DNA from: the human T2T-CHM13v2.0 reference genome, Homo sapiens
DNA: 64,000 bases
Assembly: GCF_009914755.1 (NCBI RefSeq)
Contig: NC_060928.1
Strand: one strand, 5' to 3'
Below are positions 26,641 through 40,690 of this stretch, one piece after another; position 1 is the first letter of the stretch, and every line of letters begins with the position of its first letter. The notes beneath the pieces are model-generated. The model was not told where the DNA came from, did no database searches, and was given only the letters and a program-made list of their open reading frames with translations. The translations under genes were made by a program, and so were the position numbers.

Positions 26641-27809
26641 TTTGTGTTGCAAGAGGCTGACTTTACTGAAGAGTCAGGGCTGAATATGTAACATCAGCAC
26701 ATAAGAGCATAAAAGTAGAAGAAACCCTTCACATTTTATTAAGCTTCTTCTTATCCAGGTTAATTCAATGTATTGCCAAAATTCTATTTAGAGGCAATTA
26801 AAGTAGCTGAGACCACATGGGACATGTGGGAATGGAGGATACTCTGCCAGCAAATGGGCCCTTCTGCATTTCATATGCATCACCTTAAAAGTAAGAAAAT
26901 ATCTGTGCTGTATCACCATAAAGTTTTAAACCATAACACTTAGAATAAATTTAAGTTTCACTTCCAAAAACTAATAATTACTGTGTACCTATATAGAGTC
27001 CTTTTATTCATTGTTTAACCTTGTCAATTTCCACTGGAAATCCAAGGAGTAAGGTACTATAAGACAATGTTATGAAAATGTGTCCCCAAATTTTTGAAAA
27101 GTCAAAATTTCATTCCATTGTTGAGCAGTCAGCTTGAACAGCAAGATTGTTCTGAATGATCTGATCCTTCCTTGGAATTGAGGGCTAGTACAATATCTTG
27201 GCTGAATCCCACACTCCTGCTTAAAATGTCACATAGCACATGAGAGATGATTAACAAAATTCTTCTGGCCTCACTAAAAGTTCTTAATATATCGACTAAT
27301 GTGAAGTGTATCAAATATTAGATACTCTCTATATTTTAAAATTATATATAAATCTGTAGAATTAATTATTCAGTAAGTTTCTTTCAAGAAAGTAAATAAT
27401 GAATTCTGTAAGTCTACATGTTCTTTATTCTTGTTTTGTAACATATACATAGATTGAAGAATCAGTCTTTCCTTTGGTATTGATTTGTCGTACCCACCAA
27501 TCAATTCTTTAAAGAATTAAGCAGTGATCTAGATGGACATGCCAACTGCCATTCTTATTTTAAATGTAACCCAGGCAGTTACAGCTACATGCCAAAACCT
27601 ACCCATAGACACTGTCAACTAATGGACTGGGCTGCTTCCTGGCCCATCTTGGTCTTAACCACTTCATCTGGCATTGGGACCAGATCTATTCTACCCAGGA
27701 TCACAAGATAACTTAGAGGTGGAAAACAAGAAGGAAATAAAAAGTAAAGACAGTAAACACATAAAAGAAATGTATGAATGTGTATAGCAAATTCCATATT
27801 AATTATCAT

Positions 27810-28100
27810 CAATAATAGCTATCATTTATTGAGCCCCTATTATCTGCTAGATTCTGTAATGGCATACTGCATACCATTTCATTTACTACTGACATTAGCT
27901 TTGTGAACCGAGTATTAACATATGCCTTTATTGGATGCCTACTATTCCAATACACTGTTCTCAGGGGTTTATATATATGACATAATCCAATCCACATATT
28001 CTATACATTTTATATACTAGGAAATTGAGGCTTTTTTGAGTTCAGGTATTTCCTCAAGGTCACACAGCTCATGGCAAGTGATAGAACCAGGATTAGAAAG
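27810..28100 (-). mobile_element. MIR SINE relic(s)
   Basis: aataatagctatcatttattgagc...gaaattgaggct...tcaaggtcacacagct...gaaccaggatt. Confidence 0.7.
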
Positions 28101-29090
28101 GCAGTTCTAAGTCCATTTTATAATGCTGGCTCTTTAAAGAAAGAGATACCTAAAAAAGGAGACATTGGAGAAATTTAAAGTGGGTTCTAAGATTTTCCAC
28201 AATTGGAAGAAATTACTGACTTGGAAAATTTCAAATAAGATTGTTACTTATGACCCACACTAAAATACGTTTTAGGAAATTAAAAAAATTAAATGGAAGA
28301 AAAAAGAAACAATTTTTAATTAATAAATCTATAAGAAAATGAGAAATATTTCATTGACTTCAGGGTTGGAAAGCATAAAAGCAATGGAATAAGAATCTAA
28401 AAGTGGAACTTCATACTTTTTGATTTCTATAACAAGCTTGAGAAAATTTTCAAAAACAATGACAAAATGTTATCCTTCTATATAATATTAAAAAATACTT
28501 TTGAAACTCTAAAAGGACAAAAAGTGTGAATAGACAAATCAAAGAACAAATGTGGTAGACAATAAATATATGACTAAGTTTTCAAACTCTTCAAAAACGA
28601 AAAAGGCAAATGAAAACCACAATGATCTACTTATCGACTAAGCAAAGCAATTTGAGTTTATGATTGTGTTGAGGTGGTCTCTTTGGCAAACATTTGTAAT
28701 GTCTTTTCAGTTAGCAACTTTCAATGCCTACAGTGTGTGCCAAAAATCTACATTCTTTGACACTGTTAATTCACTTTTAGGAATTTAAACAATGGACACA
28801 ATCAAGACAGGGACAAAGATGTACATACAAGAGTTTTTATGGCAGTGTTGCTTAAAATAATGAATATTAAAGGCACCAGTTCTGTACAAATGTTTGGGAA
28901 ATGCTAAAAACAATGATAATCTATCCATAGACTATTATATGATATATAAAATACCTTTTTAAACTTTTGTGTGGTATAGGCTATACTAACTTTGTAATGT
29001 TTATTTTTAAAAGTAAAACAGAATATTATTATTTCAACATCATGAAAGCATTACCTACACAAACGTATAGAGTATATGTAGAAAAATTCT

Positions 29091-29380
<290 letters not shown>

Positions 29381-31882
29381 TTAATGTAGAAAAATTCTTG
29401 AAGAAAACACATCAAAATATGCAGTGTTAAGTTTGACTAATGGGATTATGGTTGCTAACCGTAATTTTGTTTTCTTTTATAGTCATTTTCAAATGTCCTA
29501 TATATATATATATATTATATATATAAAATGTATGTGTGTGCGTGCACACTTTCACAGTAGAACATGAAATCATCATATATAAAAATATATGTGTGTGTGA
29601 CACACAAACAGATTTGTCTACTTCCATTACATAAAGGCTAGGGAAGGCTATATTTTACATATATATCCTTTTTAAGAGAAGGGAGATTGTAAGAGCAAAA
29701 AAGGCATGAAAGGGCATAGACATTTTGTAGTTTTATACAAATACTTTTATGAAATAAGTATTTCTATGTTTCTTAAGGTTTTATAACCTAAAGGTTTTTT
29801 TTTTAATAATCCATGCTTTAATAGCTCTTCAATCAATTTGGGAGAGAAAACTTATTATGGGTTTCATTTCTACTACTTAGTTTTTACTGTGAAAAGATTT
29901 AGTGTTATAGTTTCTTAAAGGTGTAATCAACATTTAAACAGCAAGTATGGTGATTAATTAAGAACAGCTGAGAGAGGTTTCATCTATCTTGGAAGGGGTC
30001 CAGGTTTAAATCCCACTCAGGGAGATATGTCAATATGAGCTAGTAACAGTCTACGTGCTGTTATAGAAACAGAGGGACAAATGTTGTCTTTGAAGCCTAC
30101 CATTGCTGTGAAGCTTAAAAAAATTTTTTTCTTTGCATGTTAATCATGATAATTTTGATAGAGATATTGCTCTGGATTCACTTACTGAGTATAATATTGA
30201 CACACTCTTGAAATAATATAACCATACCCTTAAAAGTCACAGCTCTTGGGTTAGCAACATTAAAGAAAAGAAATCTTGGTATTCCACAGGTGGCAATGCC
30301 ACATGGTTCAAACTTTGGGCCCTGCCCCTAACCAAAAAAGGGAATTGAGCATCAAGGGAGATCAGAACATGAGAGTTGAGCCAGGAATGTGACTGCAGTA
30401 GCTTCATCCCAGGCAGGAAGCAGCAGCCACTCCTATATGTCGGTCAACAGTGGAAAGGTATTTAGCACCTTTGGGGGAACTTGGGGAAGTAGTAATGAAT
30501 GGTGGTCTCTATGGTAGGACTTACCAGTTATCAATTTCGGGTCTGCCACTTCTTACCCCAAAGTATACAGATGAATCATTTAACCTTATGAGACCTTGGT
30601 TTTCTCATTTGGGAAGCTTAAGAAGATTAAATAAGATTATAAATGTGCTTGGAATATAGTAAAGTTAGCTATTAATATTGTGGTAAAAGGTGTGAGAACA
30701 AAATATGTAAGGTGCAAGGTCTCATTCATTCCCTCAAGGAGCTGACAGTCTAGTTGAATAGCCAGAGGGTATACACAAAAGCAAATTGTATATTGTAGAG
30801 TCTCTTGAGTAGACAGATGACTTAAAAGAAAAAGCAAGTTTAGATGGCATGTAGCATCCTAATTTGATGTTATGTCAGTCCATGTTGTGTAGGAAAAAAT
30901 TCAAACATTTCAGTGAGGAATCACTGAAACTGAATAAATACATATGAATCATGTAAAAATGAAGAATTGCCTTGCTTGCTCAATGCACCTTTTAGCAAGT
31001 GTTTATCTTAAGACATAGTGAACATCAGTATAAACCCAATCAAAACACATATGAGTAATTCTCTTACTTGAAACCATGATCAGAAGAGATGGCTTTTGGT
31101 CAGACCAAATCTTTGTCATGACTACATTATTAGTACAAAGTTAATAGTTATATCTATGAAAAAGATGTTATCAGTGGAGGAAACTCAATTACTAATATAT
31201 CCTATGATTATCATATGTGAAAAAAAAATAAACCAAATCAAAGTGGAGCATCTCCAGCTGAAGGCAACTCTATCTTGGTGGAATGCCACAGGGTTTTAAG
31301 GTAGACCCAGGTTCTCACCACGCTGCACATTATATGCTGGGCTCCCATTTTGAAGGTTGCCAATGAGAAATGGCACAACCTAAACACCTTTTATTTGAAA
31401 TTCTTAACATCTCGTAGTTTCACAGTCTTGCCCTTTAATTACTGAGACAAGGGTAGCCTGCTACCCTGTTCTTAGTCAGGGTTAGAGATGAGGTATCTAT
31501 GGTGTTAATTTGGCATTTCAACTAAGTTAAATTTGGTTAATGAACAAGATCTTTCTGGGTACAGTTTACTGCTTTGCCAAAAAAAGTTCTGTTATCTTTT
31601 CATATATCCCACAATAATCTAACTCTTCTTTAAGTGATTTTTGAAGTTTATTTTTTGAGTAATTAAAGCTAGCGTAATTTGTATTTATATTAACTGTTGT
31701 CAGCTTTACATAAAAAAAGGTAAGGTAATATCCTCCCCAGGGTTCTGTTATCATAGTAATCATCATTATTGGCTGATATATTTTAGGCACTGAATTAGGT
31801 TTTGGGTATTCTAAGAATTATAAGGCATGGTTTCCACCTTCAAGTAAATTGAAATTTTGTTCTGGAAGTAGCATATATGACT

Positions 31883-31908
31883 TCCTCTCTCTCTCTTTCT
31901 CTTTCCTT

Positions 31909-31948
<40 letters not shown>
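31883..31948. repeat. (CT)n followed by (CA)n microsatellite
   Basis: Visible runs. Confidence 0.95.
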
Positions 31949-31952
<4 letters not shown>

Positions 31953-32252
31953 TTATATTATATTACAGGTAGATATTTGTGTAAAAATGTATATGTAAAA
32001 TGAAATATATAGACTCCCTATGACTGAAGAGAGATACATTTTATATACATAGTAATTATAAAGAAAACAAACTTTCTCCTTCGTATCTTGGCCAGAATAA
32101 TTTTGACATACCAATGATCTCTTTTATTTAGAAGGTTAATTAATCTTACTGTAATTACAGGGGATACTGAAATATATTACTGCATGTTTTACATTAAAAA
32201 ATACTGAGTAGTCAGTAATTGCCCTTTCATGGATAATTTATACAATAATTAA

Positions 32253-32641
<389 letters not shown>

Positions 32642-32952
32642 TATAGTTTATTTCTAAAAAAAGAGTACTAGTGTTCCTATGTAGTTAATATCAGCAAGAA
32701 TCTAGTTTCTTTCTGTATTTAATTTATTTAGTAATGTCATAATTGTCATTTATCTGTTAACCTAATTAAAGTTAGAGAATGTCGAGCTGCAGAGCCTGTC
32801 TAGTCAAGTGTATTACTAAATTCATTAGTCATCCATGACTTCAGCTGTATGATAGTAATGATACAGACACACTTTACTCATTAACCCTTAGAAAGAGTTC
32901 AGCATTGTTTGATTTTATTGTGGATATTTGATAGAATTATAAAGGAAACTTA

Positions 32953-33086
32953 AAAAAATTAATAAATAGAGACAGGGTCTCACTATGTTGTCAAGGCTGG
33001 TCTCAAACTCCTGGAGCTCAAGTGATCCTCTTGCTTCAGCCTCTCAAAGTGCTGGGATTACAGGCATGAGTCACCACATCCAGCGG
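32953..33086 (-). mobile_element. Alu left monomer (FLAM-like) with TSD
   Basis: Single monomer flanked by taaaggaaactt on both sides. Confidence 0.88.
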
Positions 33087-34412
33087 GTAAAGGAAACTTT
33101 GAAAAACAAATGTAATCTTAGGCAATGAGTTTCAGGTGAATTAATAAGAGCAGATATAAATTTTGCTAATCAAGGTTTGAAACCAAGTGTTAAAATTTAG
33201 TAAGTCTGCAAAAAATTTACTTGATCCCCCAAATTTTCACTAGTTTAATTCATATCGACCAATGCTGCTTGACATTCCTATTGGCCAATTTCACCCTGTT
33301 GAACATCTTCCCTTATATTGTTTTTCCCTTATATTATATTTCCAGAAATACTTCTCCATCTATTCTGTGTCAGGTACTGTGCTGGACAGTGGAAATAAAA
33401 ATGAATAAGTCATGGACTATTTCTACCTTGGAGGGCCAGGCCAACTGGGGATATAGACACGTAAACAGATGAATTTGGACCCCACTTGAGCCATGCACAA
33501 CATCTAGCACAGTGCTATGCTTCTGACTCATTGTCAACACATATTTATAAACGATTGAATGTTCAGGGTGTTGGGGACCCCGGAGTAAATGGACTTGGTC
33601 AAACTTGAGGGTAGATTTAAGGCAGGGTTCTGAAGAAGCTATCCTTGCCTCTGGGAAATAGACTCACAGGGCCCACTTAATACAAATTCCTGTAGAAGTC
33701 AAATAATAAAAGACAACTAGTAAAGAATTCTTCATTGTTCCTTAAGCCTGGCTTAAGTCTGACTTTTCTTTTAAAAGAAGATCTTGGGCATCTGGGCTAA
33801 AGTTTAGTTCCATGAGATGAATTAGCTAACCTTGCTTTTGTTTTTAGTTGTGTTTAAATCAGGAATTTCCTTACTTTTCAAAATTCGCTCTAGAGTTGAT
33901 GCCAGTACTCTTACACCAACAAATCAAGAATTTGTTTTGAAAGCTGCCTCAGAAGACGTTCAGATATTCTTTGAAATACAGTAATAACTACGTGGATTTT
34001 TGTTGACAGAGTTCCAACAGAAGAATTTTGCAATATAAGCTAAGTTTTTTTTAAAAGGCAGTGCAAGCTACAAATACTTGATTTGCTCATCTTTTTTCTA
34101 CTCCATGTGGTATGTACTATAATTAATCAAACACCTACATTTTCAGCCAATGCTATCTTTTACATTTTAGTGTAAAATTATGTAAGTGCTATACCTTGCA
34201 TAGAATTCAAATTGAATAGCCCAAACATTCCTGACAATTACAGTTCATAGCACAATGGTAAATTTAGAAAGTTACAGCAGGTCACATCCAATGAGGATAA
34301 AGTGGCCTCTCAGTTGTGCCCTGGTCTTATGGGAAAAATAAGAAAATGTCAGCTGCATGATATTAGTATTCTGAGCTCATGAGAAAACTCCTGTACAAAA
34401 TTTTGTTTTAGT

Positions 34413-34415
<3 letters not shown>

Positions 34416-34452
<37 letters not shown>
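34416..34452. repeat. (TG)n microsatellite
   Basis: Visible run. Confidence 0.95.
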
Positions 34453-34453
<1 letters not shown>

Positions 34454-35179
34454 ATGTGCATGTATGCGCTGCAATTCCTTATTTTATTCTCACTGCCTGG
34501 TATTTCATTAAATATGTTGATGGGTCAGCATTATTCCCTTCCAGGGGCATTACAAGAGGCCCTTCCTTATTCCTAGGACATTCATGAGCAGAGAAATGGG
34601 AAGGAGTGAAGCGAAATCCAGTGTCTACAGAAAAACTGGGCCATCTCCCAGAGGTCACTCTATGGCCTCTATCTTTAGTCCATGCCCGTCTCTTGGACTT
34701 TTTAGCCTTGCATTTTTAATTCCCTACTCTACAGTGACAGCACTTCAAGTTCAATCCGGTCAAAACCAAACTGTGTTCTTCTCTCCAATTTTAGGCTATT
34801 CTGTTCCCCTAAATTATTGATCTTTATTGAAAGTGTCACTTATTACACGCAAAAGCTAGAAGTCTCCAACTTTTCCCTAGTTTCTCCTTTTCCATAAACT
34901 TTCAGAGTCAATTTCCCCCAAGTTTTACAGCTTTTTTTTTTCTATATATGACTAATACTTTGTTTTCACATGTCCCTGATGACACTGCTTATCCTCATCA
35001 CATGCTAGAGTGGTAATTTTAAAATGGACATTCTGATCTTGCCTTTTCCTGTCTTTTACTTATGGTGTAACACTCAATCTCCCTATTAGGACATACAAAA
35101 CATTAATGGTCTGGGCCCTACTTTACTTTTAGAGTTTTACTTCTTTCCTGTTTCCAATATGATCTTTATAACTCCTTAT

Positions 35180-35590
35180 ACTGAATTTATAGTTTTCTCT
35201 ATACTGTGTTCTTTCGTGCCCCTATGACATTGCACTTGCTATTCCCTGGGCTGGCTCTGTTTTCCACCTGACTTATCAGCAGGAACCTTTATCAAACACT
35301 ATATTGCAATCTCTATTCTAAATGTAAATAGTAAAACAAGTTTGTAAAACAAACAAACAAACACCTATTGCTTAGACTACTGCCTCTACAAGGATCTCCC
35401 TGGGTCTACTTTTCCCACTTCTGTTCCTGGTCTATCTTGTAGCTAAAGGTTTTTTTTTTTTTTTTTTTTAAACTTCAAAGATTATAAAATCTTTGAGGGG
35501 ATGAATCATGTTTATTTCTTCTACATTCAATCCCTAGCATCTAACACAGCGCCTGGTACATAGTAGGTACTTCAAAAATATTTCTTTGAT
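35180..35590 (+). mobile_element. L2 3' end fragment
   Basis: cctagcatctaacacagcgcctggtacatagtaggtacttcaaaaatattt resembles the L2 3' terminus. Confidence 0.65.
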
Positions 35591-36187
35591 TCTCATCTCA
35601 GCTAAATAACTCATTGTTAAGGACAGATTAAATTATTTCAACTATTTATCATAAAATAACCTGCTGTTTGACTGATTTATTTTCGCTTGAGAAATTGAAA
35701 GCTATAATTTTTTTCCAGTAGGTTTACATATTTAGATAGATACAGCTAGATCCTTCCAGTAATTTAATCAAGTCAACTCAGTGAGTTAAACTGGGAAGCA
35801 ATTTTCTTCTTATACAGTACACATATTACATATTCTTTAGTCTCTTAAAAAATTTTATGTTAAAAAGATTTGTTGACACTGTTGTGCACCAGTGGGCTGG
35901 CATGATGGGAGTGAGAAAAGGGATGCAAAATGCCTTTATATATATCTTTCAGTATAATGTCGACTTATTAGAATTGGAATTTTTCCTTCTAAAGCTCACC
36001 ATTTGCACTCAGTGTCCATGTAAATTGTCACAAATATGCAAAAGATGCTGAAAGCTGTGCATCCCCATTTGCGACCCACATACTTTGGAGAATGGGGTGA
36101 ATGAATAAGTTCTCAAAAATTATATACACATTAGAAAAATGGGCTTTTGTCATCTTACAGATGACAATGGACTTTTTTTTTAAATTA

Positions 36188-36510
<323 letters not shown>

Positions 36511-36514
36511 GAAA

Positions 36515-36792
36515 ACCCAGCTTTATGGAGATATATTCCCATATCATACAATTCACCCATTTATAGTATATTATCCAATGGTTTTTAGTATGTTCACAGA
36601 GTTGTGCGACCAACACCACAATAAATTTCAGAACATCTTTATCACTCAAGAAAGGAACTTTGTAACCATCAATAGTCATTCTCCATTTCTCTACCCCCTC
36701 CCCCTTGTCCTCCCCATGGCATCCTTTGGCCCCAGGCAATCACTTACCAGTTTTTCATCTCTGTATGTTTGTCTATTCTGGACATTTCTTTT
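36515..36792 (-). mobile_element. L1M (L1MB-like) 3'UTR fragment
   Basis: gagatatattc...catacaattcacccattt...tttttagtatgttcacagagttgtgc...ttctggacattt. Confidence 0.85.
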
Positions 36793-36835
36793 ATATCAAC
36801 AATAAGCTTAAATAACAGTTTAATAAAAGGGACTA

Positions 36836-36892
36836 GGCTGGGTGCGGTGGCTCACACCTGTAATCCCAGCACTTTGGGAGGCCAAGGCGGGA
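36836..36892 (+). mobile_element. Alu 5' fragment
   Basis: ggctgggtgcggtggctcacacctgtaatcccagcactttgggaggccaaggcggg, then abrupt end. Confidence 0.9.
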
Positions 36893-39800
36893 GATATTTA
36901 GGCAAGTAGAGTCAGATGGTCACAGTGTGGTTAAGCTATAATTAAGTGATATCTCCTAGGAAAATCAATCACATATGTATATATATTAGACTGTTACAAA
37001 TGAAAAACCTGTGTTTCCACGTGCATCTTCATGGGGCCACACTAAGATCAACAGTGTGAGAAAATGTACCATGATAGAAAAATATATGCAAGTTCTTTTA
37101 AAATAGTCTCCGTAGTTTAAGTAATTGTGAAGTTTTAAGAATCTATTTTTTGTTCAATCCTGAATAATTTAATACTAAACAAGCAATCTACTTTTTAGTG
37201 TGTGCAGCCCTTGGGGTGCGGTCAGCACCTCATCTGTGTTGTGTCACGAAGCTGCTTCTGATTGAGTGATGTCTGCTTCAGAGCAGATGGTCTCTGAAGC
37301 TGCAGAATAAGGAGACCAATGGGGATAAAAATGTGGTGCCTACCTCAAGGGGGCAAGAGTAAATTAACACTATAAGATGCGGATGCGTAGCATAATGAAA
37401 AATTGATGAAAGGTTTTTTTCACTTGGTTGGGTTTGTTTTTCATATCCTGACAGTTCTAAAAGCCTTGAAGGAGGCTAAGACCTAATTCAGGTTCATGTA
37501 TCCTAATCCTTAAGTATTGCAGTGGGATGAGCTCTAATATATCTTTTTCTCTAAACATCCTGTAATATTTTAACATGCTGATTAGGGAATGAAAAGAGTT
37601 TTGTATAGAGAATATTTCTTAAAGAAAGAATTAAATAAACTACTGTTACCAAAGGATCTCAAAAGTTCTCTCTTTTTTCCCTTGACCCAAATGTTGTTAT
37701 AGGTGGTTGTAATTCATTTATAAAAGCAACTTTTTTTTTGATGACCAGTGATGATCCAAAAGGAAATTCCTTTGGATATTTGTGTACAATATGTAAAAAC
37801 TCTATCAGCTTTTCCATGCTTGGGCCTATATTCATTTTGGGGCATGTTGACTTTTAGATGCTGGCAGAACATTTTTTACAGAGCTATCTAGCTAGTTGAA
37901 AATTGGGAAAGAGATTGGGTCTGTGATACAAATTGTTTTAAAAATAAGTTTTTCATTATTTTATACCCAATTAATACCAGTTGGAGATCCTAAAGCAATA
38001 ATTGAGAACTATTTAGAATTCAGTCATATATAGATGCTGTGGGTATTATTAAATATCCAATGTGGAGCTGTAAGATTTGATTATTTCTATTGCTGGCCTG
38101 AAGAAGTACAGATTTCCATGTTACTTTGGTTATTAAAAATATTAGGGCAAATTATCTGGAAACCATAATAGTCAACATAGGACTTGTATAATATTTTGAT
38201 TTCCTTTACATTGTCAGCATTTTGAACATAAAACAGTAAGCAGAACTTTTCAAATATATCTGTTCAAACAGTATGGTTAGAGGTTGTATGTGGAATTCAA
38301 CTATGATGTTTTAAGATACCTCCACACCAAGAGGAACCAGTAACAAAAATGAGGGAATCATATTCTTCTAGTTCTTATGTTATTCTCTAGAAGTATGATA
38401 GACTCTTTGGGAAGGAATATTAACTTTTGCTACAGAGTTTAATGGCTAAAGAAACTAAGGTGCTTACCTGACTGAAGCAGTAATGTCTTAAATCTGTGTA
38501 GCTGAGGCCTCTCAAAGAGTATCTTATTTCTTGAAAAAATCTGAAGCCTTAGATAGGTGTGGTAAGTTTTAACATGGACCTCAAACTGTTATTTAATCTG
38601 ACATCTGACCTAAAGCTGTAGCAAAATGTTTCCCTGTTACTCTGATTTTCTTAGCAGAAATTTGGAAATGTTGTGATACAAGTCACAAATATTTTCATCT
38701 ATAAACTTACCATGTTCCTATTCAAATTCAGAAAATACTGACGTGTTCAGTGTTGGAACTTCTGAGTTCTGTAGGCATTTCAGAGTTATCATGCCTGGAG
38801 TACAAGTAATCAAAACCTATTGATTTTGTTCCTTACGAGAACTTTAAATTTTAAATTCACCATAAAGTTCAATAGGAAACTAACAGAATAATAAACACCT
38901 AAGAAAGTTTTCACCTATCTTTGTTAAAGTTCCCATTTTAGTGAAAGATTTTGTTGCCTCATTGTCATTAACATTTTAGTAACTGGCATAGTTATAGAGA
39001 CATTTTATGAAGCCAAACTAATATCAACACAACAAAGTTATCTTTTAAGTCACACTTCTATTATGTCATGAAATACCAAATACAGATTTCACATTTCTTC
39101 AGTTTAATAATTCTTCAAAAATGAGCGTATATTTACACTCATATAAGTGTGTATGTATATATGTATATATATATATGCATACATACATAAGCACTTTCTA
39201 AAGTTTTAAAAGCACATAGAGAATGTGAAGTATGAAATAGTTATCAAATAGTTATCAAAGATATTTCATCAGAAATATCTTTTCTAGTTTGTGGTTTTTG
39301 TTCCTACTAGTTTTTGTTTTTTTGGTTTTTTTCTTTTTGGTAGTAATTCTCATTCACTGGAGGATAGCATCACATTATTAATATTTTGATTCAATTTTCA
39401 GAAAAGTAAATGCCATAAAAAAATGAGTATTCAGAACTTTTTAATGTATAAAATTGTCTCTGATAACTTACTTCACTTATATTTATCCCGGAAAATTTAA
39501 CAACTGAGATCTCTGAACCAGATCTGGTCTTCTTGAATTTGTAGTAAACATGTTGAAGAACAGGGGAGTAATGCTATTTATACAATATATACCAAGGATA
39601 ATAATTCATGTATAATCAAAGAGAATTATGCAATTTTTGTAATTACAAAGCCTCATGAATATCAGAACAACTAATAAAAAATTATCCAGAGTTTGATTCT
39701 TAGTAAGCATTCTTTTGAGCTAAAGAACAAAACTCTATGTATTTAGTAATCTGCATTGTCTCTTAGACTGTACCATAAATATACAATACAAATTTCATTA

Positions 39801-40009
39801 AAAATATCACATAATATAGTCTGCATTTAAAAATTGCCTCCAGTGTGAAAAAAAGATAATGCTTTTGAATACTAATTTTTAAACCTATTTACTTCTCTGT
39901 GATTTTTGTAATCAGTTTATAAATTAGGAATAACTTATTTTTCAGGACTACTCACATTTAGCTAATTTTTAAATTTTTTATAAAGATGGGTTCTCACTCT
40001 GTTGCCTAA

Positions 40010-40317
<308 letters not shown>

Positions 40318-40329
40318 AGGTCACCATCT

Positions 40330-40690
40330 TTTAAAGTAAATATTTTATTTAATTATAGCACACATACAGAAAAATGCATAAATTATAAATGCTCATCTTG
40401 ATATGTAGGAAGTGTACATACCTGTTAAACTGCACCCAGAACTAGAATGTAGAATTAGAACATTATCAGCAACCAAAAGCCCCTTTCTGATTGTTTCCGA
40501 AACTACTACTGATTTCTAACACTATGGATTTGTTTTGCCAGTTTTTGAACTTTAATAAATGGAATAAAAGACATGTCCTTTTTTGTGTCTGACTTGTTTT
40601 GCTTAGCATTATCTTTGTGAGATCTATTGATGGTGCATATAGATATGGTTCATTCATTCCTATTCCCACTGCTGTAAAATATTCCAATTT
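40330..40690 (-). mobile_element. L1ME-like 3' fragment
   Basis: catacagaaaaatgcataaattata...ctactactgatttctaacac...ttttgccagtttttgaactt...atggaat...ttgtgtctgactt. Confidence 0.75.

Noticed and set aside
37275-37300. 9-bp inverted repeat (gcttcagag/ctctgaagc) around CAGATG
   Set aside because: Stems this short are expected by chance in 64 kb, and there is no other support.
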